In this document: positions 18,231 through 26,497 of the stretch, piece by piece
Position numbering within the stretch: position 1 is the first letter of the stretch
How the letters are laid out: every line of letters begins with the position of its first letter
Assembly (NCBI GenBank): GCA_002305795.1
Contig: DBRF01000006.1
Coordinates: forward strand, 3,409-67,408
Direction: 5' to 3'
DNA length: 64,000 nt
Source of the DNA: Ruminococcaceae bacterium UBA1375
Lineage (GTDB): Bacteria > Bacillota > Clostridia > Oscillospirales > Ruminococcaceae
The notes under the pieces: generated by a model
Databases searched by the model: none
Seen by the model: the letters and a program-made list of their open reading frames with translations, nothing else
What the model was told of the DNA's origin: nothing
Translations under genes and position numbers: made by a program

Positions 18231-18453
18231 AGACTGTAGAAAAAGTAAAATTTAGGTCAAGCCTTTTTAAAGGCTTGTGGGGTTGCAAGGGGCAAAGCCC
18301 CTGCAATGGAAATTATTTGTCCTAAAAATTCTTATTTCTGTCTTATTCTTGCAAAAAAGTTGTGGAAGTGACGAACTTGAATCCGCCCGCCCAACGGCGT
18401 AGAGCCGAGGGCGGGTCAATCTGGAAACATCCGAACCCTTTTTCGACAAGCTG
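18231..18453 (+). repeat. LE-family mosaic element (copy LE-1) in the dnaJ 3' region
   Basis: It starts AGACTGTAGAAAAAGTAAAATTTAGGTCAAGCC and ends CTTTTTCGACAAGCTG. It is collinear with 46023-46292 and flanked by two copies of the hairpin ggaacgtcagg(a/t)aactgacgttcc (18205-18228 and 18455-18478). Confidence 0.8.
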
Positions 18454-18630
18454 CGGAACGTCAGGTAACTGACGTTCCTGAGTCCGCCCTTTGCGGCCAA
18501 AAGTCGGGCCGCAATTTCGCCCGAGGGCGAAAACCGGGTGAACTTTTGTTGAAAGAAACGGAAAACCATATTTTTGGTTTGTTGGAAACAATCCACGGGA
18601 ATCGAACCGGTTCGCCGTCGGATACTAAGG

Positions 18631-18662
18631 TCGAGGCCGGTTGGCTTCGGCCTTTTTTGTTT
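18631..18662 (+). terminator. intrinsic terminator, first T-tailed hairpin downstream of dnaJ
   Basis: ggccg-gttggctt-cggcc followed by ttttttg. Confidence 0.6.
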
Positions 18663-18952
18663 GGACAGAAAGCGGCGTGGCGCAAACAGTTTCCCTTTAT
18701 AAAACATTCCGGTATCATTTGACAAAAGAGGACTGCATCGGTATAATAAATTTACGGCGCAAGCCTACTCGGGGAAATTCCCCGGGGGAGGATAGAACCT
18801 TGGATTGATGTTCCAATCCATCTGCAACGGCAGCGGTTGACGCCCCTGATTCTCGATTCGCCTTCCGCCGTTTGGCGAGATGAGAAAAGGGGGTGGATAA
18901 TTTCTTGTGATGTCGAAAGAAATACTTCCCTCTTTGGAAAGGGGGAAGTGGT

Positions 18953-19048
18953 ATGAATTACGTTACTTGGCCGGATTTGTTCACATTTTTATTGTTGGCA
19001 ATCACCGCTTTGGACGTGTTTTACAATATTTGGACAAAAAGAAAGTAA
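18953..19048 (+). CDS. small hydrophobic peptide, putative type I toxin, module C (divergent)
   Basis: ATG 18953 follows the SD gaaaGGGGGAAGtggt. The 31 codons give MNYVTWPDLFTFLLLAITALDVFYNIWTKRK. Promoter: TTGACA 18719-18724, 17 nt, TATAAT 18742-18747. The leader is ~200 nt. Confidence 0.6.
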   Translation: MNYVTWPDLFTFLLLAITALDVFYNIWTKRK

Positions 19049-19125
19049 CCGCTCAAACTAGGCCCTTGAACGGTTACTTCATGTAATCCAATGCAGGGAC
19101 GAACCGTTGTCGGTTCTATCCTTCT
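19033..19125 (-). ncRNA. putative antitoxin sRNA convergent to toxin C
   Basis: Minus promoter TTGACA (19160-19155), 17 nt, TATAAT (19137-19132). The transcript reads AAAAGCAGAAGGATAGAACCGACAACGGTTCGTCCCTGCATTGG.. and ends at hairpin 19045-19077 plus tttctttttg. It overlaps the last toxin codons. Confidence 0.5.
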
Positions 19126-19517
19126 GCTTTTATTATACTCGGATTTTTCTACCTTGTCAAGATTTTAAAAAGCCGATTTGCTTTTAAAAGGGAGGCCGGC
19201 AGCGAAGCCAACCGGAAAAAATCCCTAAGAACTGCCGAAAGAAAAGCCCGTTTTGATGTATTCCGTCAGAACCGTGTTGGATTTCTTGACAAAAAGGAAA
19301 AAATGATGTATGGTTTCGGTAAGGAAAGAATCCGAAGCAGGAAAAGAGAAATCTTGGCTGGAAGCTCTTTCCTTTTTTGAACAGATGTGTTATACTACTT
19401 AAGATAAAGAATTTTCCGGGCGGGACGGCTTTCCGTTTCGCCGTTTTGATAAGACAGGCGCATCTGCGCCGCTGCGCAAACGTCCGTTTCCTTTCAACAG
19501 AAAAGGGGAGATTCCGT

Positions 19518-20804
19518 TTGGAGAAGTATGTGATTCATGGGGGCCACCCCCTTCAGGGCAAGGTGACCATCAGCGGGGCGAAAAACGCCGCTGTGGGGAT
19601 TCTGCCTGCCACCATTTTGGCCGAAGGGCCTTGCGTCATTGAAAACGTACCCAACATCAGCGATGTGGGGATTATTTTAGAGATTCTCCGGGAGATGGGG
19701 GCTCAGGTGAAGTACCTGAACCGCTCCACCGTGGAGATTGATACCGCCAGTATTTCGGTGCCGGAAGTACCCTATGAGCTGGCCAAGCATATGCGGGCTT
19801 CCTACTACTTTTTGGGAGCGCTGCTGGGCCGGTTCCATCAGGCCAAGGTCAGCCTGCCCGGAGGATGCAACTTTGGAGTGCGGCCCATCGACCAGCACCT
19901 GAAGGGATTCCAAACCCTGGGGGCGGATTACAGCCTGGAATACGGCATGATTGATGTGAGGGCGGACCAGCTCACCGGGGCTCGGATATACTTCGATGTG
20001 GTGACGGTAGGAGCTACCATCAACGTCATGCTGGCGGCGGTGAAAGCCAAGGGTATGACCATCATCGAAAACGCCGCCAAGGAACCCCATATTGTGGACC
20101 TGGCCAACTTCCTCAACTCCATGGGCGCCAACATCATGGGGGCGGGGACCGACGTAATAAAAATCCGGGGGGTAGACCACCTGTTTGGGGCGGAATACTC
20201 CATCATCCCCGACCAGATTGAGGCGGGGACCTATATGGTGGCGGCAGTGGCCACCAAGGGGGACGTGCTGGTGCAGAACGTCATCCCCAAGCATCTGGAA
20301 AGCATCACTGCCAAGCTGCAAAAGATCGGGGCGGAGGTTACGGAATTTGACGACGCCGTGCGGGTGCGGTATGTGGGCCCTCTGCAAAAGACCAACATCA
20401 AGACCCGTCCCCATCCCGGCTTCCCCACCGATATGCAGCCCCAGATCGTCACCCTGCTGTGCCTGGCACAGGGCACCAGCCTGGTCACCGAAGGGGTGTG
20501 GGAGAACCGGTTTAAGTATGTGGACGAGCTGCGCCGGATGGGCGCAGACATTGCGGTGGAAGGCCGGGTCGCCATCATCGAAGGCATCGACCACTTCACC
20601 GCTGCCCCGGTGCGGGCCACCGACCTTCGTGCCGGAGCCGCCATGGTGATTGCCGCTTTGACCTGCGACGGGGTCACCGAAATCGAGGACATCTACCACA
20701 TCGAGCGGGGCTATGAAGAGATTGTGGAAAAAATCCGGGGTCTGGGGGGCGACATGAAAAAAATCGTCATGCCCGACCCGGCGGCGTTAAGACAAGCAAA
20801 CTGA
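19518..20804 (+). CDS. murA: UDP-N-acetylglucosamine 1-carboxyvinyltransferase
   Basis: The ORF opens at 19377. The likely start is TTG 19518 (SD aaaGGGGAG), giving MEKYVIHGGHPLQGKVTISGAKNAA... (428 aa). EPSP synthase/MurA fold motifs run throughout. Confidence 0.92.
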   Translation: MEKYVIHGGHPLQGKVTISGAKNAAVGILPATILAEGPCVIENVPNISDVGIILEILREMGAQVKYLNRSTVEIDTASISVPEVPYELAKHMRASYYFLGALLGRFHQAKVSLPGGCNFGVRPIDQHLKGFQTLGADYSLEYGMIDVRADQLTGARIYFDVVTVGATINVMLAAVKAKGMTIIENAAKEPHIVDLANFLNSMGANIMGAGTDVIKIRGVDHLFGAEYSIIPDQIEAGTYMVAAVATKGDVLVQNVIPKHLESITAKLQKIGAEVTEFDDAVRVRYVGPLQKTNIKTRPHPGFPTDMQPQIVTLLCLAQGTSLVTEGVWENRFKYVDELRRMGADIAVEGRVAIIEGIDHFTAAPVRATDLRAGAAMVIAALTCDGVTEIEDIYHIERGYEEIVEKIRGLGGDMKKIVMPDPAALRQAN

Positions 20805-20971
20805 GAGACCGGAGATGAAAAGCGAGCGGGTCAGCTATGATTTGTTGACCCCTGCTTTTCAAGTAAAACGACGCACCAATTCCAACAAGGCTTCCCCTTG
20901 AGGGGGTGGCTTTGCTGGTTGGCTTTTCCTCCTGCAAAATTGCTTTGCAAGAGCGTCCCGTTCGCCTTTGT

Positions 20972-21048
20972 CCAATGGAAGATATTTTCCAAAGGAAAAT
21001 ATCAACTATAATTATTCACTATTCATTCTTCATTCTTCACTATTTTAT
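20972..21048 (-). repeat. GAATGAA-heptad + hairpin element, copy d
   Basis: ccaatggaagatattttccaaaggaaaatatcaactataattattcactattcattcttcattcttcact is collinear with 8013-8080. The hairpin arm is replaced by gaagatattttcc/ggaaaatatc. Confidence 0.7.
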
Positions 21049-21114
21049 CAATCCCCGCCCCGTTGACCGGGGCGTTTTTCTCAGATTCCACCCCGGAAAG
21101 GATGTTTCAAATTT

Positions 21115-21933
21115 ATGTCCCTGCTTTACTCCCTTTGCAGTTCCTCCAAGGGCAACTGCCACTTTGTGGGCACCCCCCAGTCCGGACTGCTCATCGACGG
21201 CGGCATCGGTATCCGCAACTATGCCGCCCAGCTGGCTCTGGCAGGGATTTCCCTTTCCGCACCCCAGGCGGTGCTGGTGACCCACGAGCATTCCGACCAC
21301 GTCAGCGGCCTGCAAAAGATTGCCCTGCGCCATCACCTGCCGGTGTACGGCACCCCCGGCACTCTGGATGCTTTGGTGCAGAAGGGAATTTTGGACTACT
21401 CTTTGGATTTGCGGGTCATTCAGCCGGGGGAGACGGTGAGCCTGGGCAGCCAGTCCTTCATCGCTATCCCCACCCCCCACGACAGCGCCCAAAGCTGCTG
21501 CTACCGGGTGGAGCAGGGGGACCAGACCGTGATGGTCTGCACCGATCTGGGGCAGATGACCCCGGAGATACATCATGCCCTTTCCGGCTGCGACACGGTG
21601 CTGCTGGAAAGCAACTACGACGAAGAGCTGATGGCTCACAGCCCCTATCCCTACTTCCTCCGCCGGCGGATTGTGGGCAGCCGGGGACATTTGTCCAACA
21701 CCGACTGCGCCAACGAGCTGGTGGAGCTGGCCAAAACGGGGGTGAAGCGGTTTGTGCTGGGGCATCTCAGCCAGGAAAACAACCGCCCGGAGCTGGCCTA
21801 CCAAAACGCCCTGTCCGCCCTGCTGGGGGCCGGGGCGGTGCCGGGGGAAGACTTTTCCCTGTGGGTAGCCCCCCGGATCAACAACGGCCGGATTGTGTCC
21901 ACGGAGGAAGCGGCATGTACCGAGTGTGGCTGA
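21115..21933 (+). CDS. MBL-fold metallo-hydrolase (YycJ/WalJ-like)
   Basis: 272 aa with the HxHxDH motif VTHEHSDHVSG and the N-terminal LCSSSKGNC. Confidence 0.85.
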   Translation: MSLLYSLCSSSKGNCHFVGTPQSGLLIDGGIGIRNYAAQLALAGISLSAPQAVLVTHEHSDHVSGLQKIALRHHLPVYGTPGTLDALVQKGILDYSLDLRVIQPGETVSLGSQSFIAIPTPHDSAQSCCYRVEQGDQTVMVCTDLGQMTPEIHHALSGCDTVLLESNYDEELMAHSPYPYFLRRRIVGSRGHLSNTDCANELVELAKTGVKRFVLGHLSQENNRPELAYQNALSALLGAGAVPGEDFSLWVAPRINNGRIVSTEEAACTECG

Positions 21934-22397
21934 TCTGCGTGGGCAGCTGTAAGGAAAAATATTGGCGGGAAGCGGTGGCGGAGTATCAGAAGCGGCTTTC
22001 CGGTTTTTGCAAGTTTACCCTGGTAGAAGTGCCGGAATACCGGCTGCCCGGCGACCCTTCCCCCGCCCAGATTCAAAAAGGACTGGAGGAGGAGGGCAAG
22101 GCCCTGCTGGCCAAATGTCCCGCCGGAGCGGTGAAGATTCCCCTGTGCATTGAGGGAAAAGAGATGAGCAGCGAAAAGCTGGCTTCCTACCTGCAAACCC
22201 AGGGGGTGGGGGGCAGCGGCAGCTTTGCCCTGTTCATCGGAGGCAGCTACGGGCTGTGGGAGGAGCTGAAAAACCAGGGGCAGCTGAAGCTGTCCATCTC
22301 CCCCATGACCTTTCCCCACCAGCTGGCCAGGGTGATGGTGATGGAGCAGCTGTACCGGTGCTTCTGCATCCTGGCGGGGAAGACATATCATAAATAA
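21915..22397 (+). CDS. rlmH: 23S rRNA (pseudouridine1915-N3)-methyltransferase RlmH
   Basis: 160 aa from ATG 21915, the last third of the long 21063..22397 frame. The sequence MYRVWLICVGSCKEKYWREAVAEYQKRL...GGSYGL...SPMTFPHQLARVMVMEQLYR is typical SPOUT RlmH. It overlaps the upstream gene by 19 nt. Confidence 0.9.
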   Translation: MYRVWLICVGSCKEKYWREAVAEYQKRLSGFCKFTLVEVPEYRLPGDPSPAQIQKGLEEEGKALLAKCPAGAVKIPLCIEGKEMSSEKLASYLQTQGVGGSGSFALFIGGSYGLWEELKNQGQLKLSISPMTFPHQLARVMVMEQLYRCFCILAGKTYHK

Positions 22398-22552
22398 ACG
22401 GATCTTTAGTACATATACGGCTGTCGGGCTGGTTCCGGCGGCTGTTTTTTGTGTGTCGGAACAAGAACAATAGTTTGACATTTTTTGTGTGCTTGTTATA
22501 ATAGAAGTATCATTTGCCCTTTGGAAAAAGGCATCGCAAGGAGGTGTACCCC

Positions 22553-24763
22553 ATGGCCTTTCGCAAACAGGAGCTGGACCAGCTTTCCGGCACGGTGGAA
22601 GAGGTAGTCTTCGCCAATCCGGACACCGGCTTTGCCGTCGTCGACCTGGACGCTGAAGGCACCTTAATCAGCGCTGTGGGGGAGATGCCGGGGATTTCCC
22701 AGGGGGAGGAAGTGACTCTCCGGGGGAGGTTTACCCAACACCCGGTGTACGGGGAGCAGTTCAAGGTGGAGCTTTGCACCCGCACCCTCCCTTCCACCTC
22801 CAAGGCCATTGAAAAGTATCTGGCCGGCGGGGTCATCAAAGGCATCGGCCCGAAATTGGCCCGCCAGCTGGTGGAGCATTTCGGGGACGACACCCTGCTG
22901 GTGATGGATCAAGAGCCCCAGCGCCTTCTGGAGATCAAGGGCATTTCCCAGCAGAAGCTGGACGGGTTTTTGGAGCAGTTCCGCCAGGTGTTCGGGGTGC
23001 AGAGTTTGCTGCTGCTCCTCACCCCCTACGGGGTGGGGTCGGCCCAGGCGGTGAGCCTGTTTAAGGCCTACGGGGAGATGGCGGTGACCCTGTTAAAGAA
23101 AAACCCCTACCTGGCCTGCGACCCCCGGTTCGGGGTACCCTTTCCCACCTGCGACGCCATGGCCAAAGCCTTTGGCCTTCCCCCGGACGGGAAGGAGCGG
23201 CTGACGGCGGGGCTGAAGTACACCCTGTCCCACAATCTGCAAAACGGCCACACCGCCCTGCCCAAAGATCGGCTGGTGGCCACCGCCGCCAAGCTGCTGG
23301 ACCAGCCCCCGGATACCGTGGAGCAGGCCCTGGACGCCGCTTTGGAGGAGGAGCAGCTCTGCCGCTGCGATTTGGGCAGGGAGACCATCTCCCTGCCGGA
23401 GTACTTTTTGGCGGAGCAGTACATTGCCGCCCGGATTGCCGGGATGCTGCGGGTGGAGCTGGAGCCTCCCAGGGGTTTGGAGCAGGCGGTGGACGCCTGG
23501 GAAGAAGCTCACGGCATCCGGTACGAAGCCTTGCAGCGCCGGGCTATTTTGGACTGCTTTTCCTGGGGAGTGCTGATTCTCACCGGGGGCCCCGGCACCG
23601 GCAAAACCACCACCCTCAACGGCATGCTGGACCTGCTGGAGGAGCAGGGCTATGCCCTGGCCCTCTGCGCCCCCACCGGCCGGGCGGCCAAGCGGATGAG
23701 CGAAATCACCCATCGGGACGCCAAAACCGTCCACCGGCTGCTGGAGGTGGACTACGACGGGGAGCTGCTCTCCTTCCGCCGCAACGAGAAAAATCCCCTG
23801 AAGGCGGACGTAGTGGTGGTGGACGAGGTGTCCATGGTGGACACCCTGCTGATGGAGGCCCTGCTGCGGGGAATCAAGCCCAATGGGCGGCTGATTCTGG
23901 TGGGGGACTACCACCAGCTCCCCAGCGTGGGGGCGGGGAATGTGCTGTGGGACTTATTGCAGCAGCAAGCCATCCCCACGGTGCGGCTGACCCAGGTGTT
24001 CCGCCAGGCGGCCAAAAGCCGGATCATCACCAACGCCCACGCCGTGGTGGCGGGGGAAATGCCGGACCTGTCCCGGCAGGGGGCGGAGGATTTCTTTTTC
24101 CTCAAGCAGTTAAACCAGCCCCTGGCGGCCCAGCTGGTGGCGGATTTGGCGGCACGGCGGCTGCCCAGGGCTTACGATTTGGATGCCATGGAGCAGGTGC
24201 AGGTGCTCTGTCCCCAGCGCAAAGGCACGGTGGGCACCGCCCAGCTGAACACCATGCTGCAAAATCTGCTCAACCCCCCGGACCCCTCCAAAGGGGAGTT
24301 CCAGAGCATGGGCTACCTGTACCGGGAACGGGACAAGGTGATGCAGACCAAAAACAACTACAACATCCCCTGGAAGCGGGGACAGGAGGACGGGGAAGGG
24401 ATTTTCAACGGGGATATCGGCATTATAAGGATGATTGACCCCGGCAGCAAAACCGCCGCCATTGACTTTGACGGCCGCATCGCCTACTACACCTTTCAGA
24501 TGGCCGCCGAGCTGGAGCTGGCCTACGCCATCACTGTCCACAAAAGCCAGGGCAGCGAGTTCGACGCCGTGGTCATGCCCATTTTAGGGGGGTACGACAA
24601 GCTGTACTACCGCAACCTGCTGTACACCGCCATGACCCGTGCCAAGCGCCTGCTGGTGTTGGTGGGGGACCCGGGCCGTTTGCGGTTCATGGTGGAGAAC
24701 AACCGCAAAAGCGTGCGGTTCACCAACCTGGGACGGCTGCTGGGGGCGTATTTGGAGAGTTGA
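22553..24763 (+). CDS. recD2: SF1B ATP-dependent RecD-like DNA helicase (RecD2)
   Basis: 736 aa from ATG 22553 (SD AAGGAGG; the ORF opens at 22514). It has an OB/HhH N-terminus, Walker A GGPGTGKTT, VVVDEVSMVD, and the C-terminal AITVHKSQGSEF. Confidence 0.92.
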   Translation: MAFRKQELDQLSGTVEEVVFANPDTGFAVVDLDAEGTLISAVGEMPGISQGEEVTLRGRFTQHPVYGEQFKVELCTRTLPSTSKAIEKYLAGGVIKGIGPKLARQLVEHFGDDTLLVMDQEPQRLLEIKGISQQKLDGFLEQFRQVFGVQSLLLLLTPYGVGSAQAVSLFKAYGEMAVTLLKKNPYLACDPRFGVPFPTCDAMAKAFGLPPDGKERLTAGLKYTLSHNLQNGHTALPKDRLVATAAKLLDQPPDTVEQALDAALEEEQLCRCDLGRETISLPEYFLAEQYIAARIAGMLRVELEPPRGLEQAVDAWEEAHGIRYEALQRRAILDCFSWGVLILTGGPGTGKTTTLNGMLDLLEEQGYALALCAPTGRAAKRMSEITHRDAKTVHRLLEVDYDGELLSFRRNEKNPLKADVVVVDEVSMVDTLLMEALLRGIKPNGRLILVGDYHQLPSVGAGNVLWDLLQQQAIPTVRLTQVFRQAAKSRIITNAHAVVAGEMPDLSRQGAEDFFFLKQLNQPLAAQLVADLAARRLPRAYDLDAMEQVQVLCPQRKGTVGTAQLNTMLQNLLNPPDPSKGEFQSMGYLYRERDKVMQTKNNYNIPWKRGQEDGEGIFNGDIGIIRMIDPGSKTAAIDFDGRIAYYTFQMAAELELAYAITVHKSQGSEFDAVVMPILGGYDKLYYRNLLYTAMTRAKRLLVLVGDPGRLRFMVENNRKSVRFTNLGRLLGAYLES

Positions 24764-24807
24764 CGGGGCGGCGAGAAATATGCTACAATGGATGAAATAG
24801 GAGAATC

Positions 24808-24960
24808 TTAAAGTTTTCGGTCTGAAACAAGTCTTTGGCTAGTTTTGAACAAACCGAAGATTGGGTTCGTTTTTCTTCCCAAGGCTGGCGGGCGAATCCC
24901 ACGCAGTGGATTCGAATCCCACGCTGTGGATTCTATCCCCTGCATAGAAATGATTTTATT
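24808..24960 (+). repeat. LE-family fragment with tandemly duplicated T-arm-like 20-mer
   Basis: It starts cttaaagttttcgg (compare 2970 and 4754) and contains cGAATCCCACGCAGTGGATTcGAATCCCACGCTGTGGATTc (24893-24933). Confidence 0.65.
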
Positions 24961-24995
24961 CTGTTTTGCCATTTCAAAGAAAGGAAGCAGTTTCC

Positions 24996-26009
24996 ATGGC
25001 TTCATTTGACATCGGTATCGACTTAGGTACCACCAAGATTATGATCTGCCGCAGCGACAAGGGCGTGGTGCTCAACGAGCCCAGCATTGTGGCCTACAAC
25101 AAAAAAACCGAAGAAGTGGTGGCGGTGGGCAAAAAGGCCTACGATATGCTGGGCAAAACCCCGGAATACATCGTGGCAGAAAAGCCGTTGAAAGACGGGG
25201 TCATCAGCAACCATAAGCTCACCGAACTGATGATTAAGGAGTTTATCAAGCAGGTCTGCGGCAATTTCGTCATCAAACCCCGGATTGTCATCTGCATTCC
25301 CAGCGTCACCACCGACGTGGAGCGCCGGGCGGTGGTGGAGACGGCTCTGGCGGCAGGGGCACGGAAGGTGTACCTCATCGAAGAGCCCATTGCGGCGGCG
25401 TTGGGCGCCGGCATCGACATTTTGGAGCCCAAGGGCAACCTGCTGGTGGACATCGGCGGCGGCACCACCGACGTGGCGGTGATCAGCTTAAACGGCATTG
25501 TGCTCAGTCAGTCCTTGAAGGTGGCGGGCAACAGCTTTGACGAAGAAATCATCCGGTTTTTCCTCAACCGCTACAAGCTGTCCATCGGCCAGCGGATGGC
25601 GGAGAACGTGAAAAAACAGGTGGGCTGCGTCTATCATCCCGATCCCTCCAACACCTGCACCGTCAAGGGCAGGAACCTGTTGACGGTGTACCCCCAGGCC
25701 ATCCAGGTGGACGAAGCCACCCTCTGCGAAGTGCTGCGGCCCTTGGCGGACAAGATTGTGGAGAAAATTAAGCAGGTGCTGGAACAGACCCCGCCGGAGC
25801 TGGTGGGGGACATCTACACCAGCGGCATCCACATGACCGGCGGCGGCAGCCTGATCCGGGGCCTGTCCGATTTGATCCGGGACGAGATTAAAATCCCGGT
25901 GGAAGTGGTGGAGGACCCCGTCGGCGCAGTGAGCCGGGGAACGGGGTTGAGCTTCAAGTATTTGGAATCCTTCCAGGAAGGGTTTACCGACGCAGATACT
26001 TATCATTGA
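24996..26009 (+). CDS. mreB: rod shape-determining protein MreB (actin-like ATPase)
   Basis: 337 aa from ATG 24996 (the ORF opens at 24966). Motifs: [42 protein letters not shown]. Confidence 0.9.
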   Translation: MASFDIGIDLGTTKIMICRSDKGVVLNEPSIVAYNKKTEEVVAVGKKAYDMLGKTPEYIVAEKPLKDGVISNHKLTELMIKEFIKQVCGNFVIKPRIVICIPSVTTDVERRAVVETALAAGARKVYLIEEPIAAALGAGIDILEPKGNLLVDIGGGTTDVAVISLNGIVLSQSLKVAGNSFDEEIIRFFLNRYKLSIGQRMAENVKKQVGCVYHPDPSNTCTVKGRNLLTVYPQAIQVDEATLCEVLRPLADKIVEKIKQVLEQTPPELVGDIYTSGIHMTGGGSLIRGLSDLIRDEIKIPVEVVEDPVGAVSRGTGLSFKYLESFQEGFTDADTYH

Positions 26010-26078
26010 TGACTGGTTTCCCCCGCAGGACTGCGGTGCGGCCTTGACAGAACTTCAATAAATGGGTAAAATAAAAAC

Positions 26079-26163
26079 AGAAGGACAAAGCAAAACAGCT
26101 TGTCCCCTGCTATGGTATTAAGTGACCGCTAGCCTGGTACGCAGAGCGGTCACTTCTTTTTTG
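26079..26163 (+). ncRNA. putative antitoxin sRNA convergent to toxin F
   Basis: Promoter TTGACA 26044-26049, 17 nt, TAAAAT 26067-26072. The transcript reads AAAAACAGAAGGACAAAGCAAAACAGCTTGTCCCCTGCTATGG.. and ends at hairpin 26121-26154 (agtgaccgct...agcggtcact) plus tctttttt. Confidence 0.5.
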
Positions 26164-26239
26164 TCATTGACCAGACTAAGCCAACAATGCTCACCAACAG
26201 TAAGCAAAATTGAATCAAATCAGACCAACTGACTTCCAC
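26150..26239 (-). CDS. small hydrophobic peptide, putative type I toxin, module F (divergent)
   Basis: GTG at 26239 follows the SD aGAGGGGAGGGGatacc. The 29 codons give (M)EVSWSDLIQFCLLLVSIVGLVWSMTKKK. The leader carries the family motifs GCATTTGCCTAC and GGGGCAGAAGGAT. The promoter has an extended -10 (cTGcTATCAT, 26373-26368) and a weak -35. Confidence 0.55.
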   Translation of the reverse strand: MEVSWSDLIQFCLLLVSIVGLVWSMTKKK

Positions 26240-26497
26240 GGTATCCCCTCCCCTCTTTCCGTTCGTGTCCTGTGGACCAAGAAAACGGATGTGGGGGCAA
26301 GCCGCCGCTGTTAATTTACTTTATCCTTCTGCCCCGGCAAAAACCGGTAGGCAAATGCTATAGGATAATGATAGCAGAAGATGTTGCTTTTTATTGAGAA
26401 ATAACGTTTGTTACAATAAACTAGCGCAGCAAAAAGCCCACACGGCTTTCGGATTCCGTGTGGGCTTTGCTTTATCTGTTTGTTTTTGGGAGAGGAA

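Noticed and set aside
18438-18453. The LE right end CTTTTTCGACAAGCTG considered as a dnaJ C-terminal (FFDKL) pseudogene fragment.
   Set aside because: The same 16-mer ends LE-2 at an unrelated locus (46277-46292), and a variant ends LE-3. It is therefore part of the element consensus, and the resemblance to dnaJ codons may be coincidental or ancestral. It is noted in the LE-1 finding but not called a pseudogene.
21063-22397. A 444-aa ORF spanning the MBL hydrolase gene in another frame.
   Set aside because: Only the last 160 codons (from ATG 21915) look like a real protein (RlmH). The upstream 284 codons are Arg/Pro/Gly-rich out-of-frame read-through of the MBL gene.
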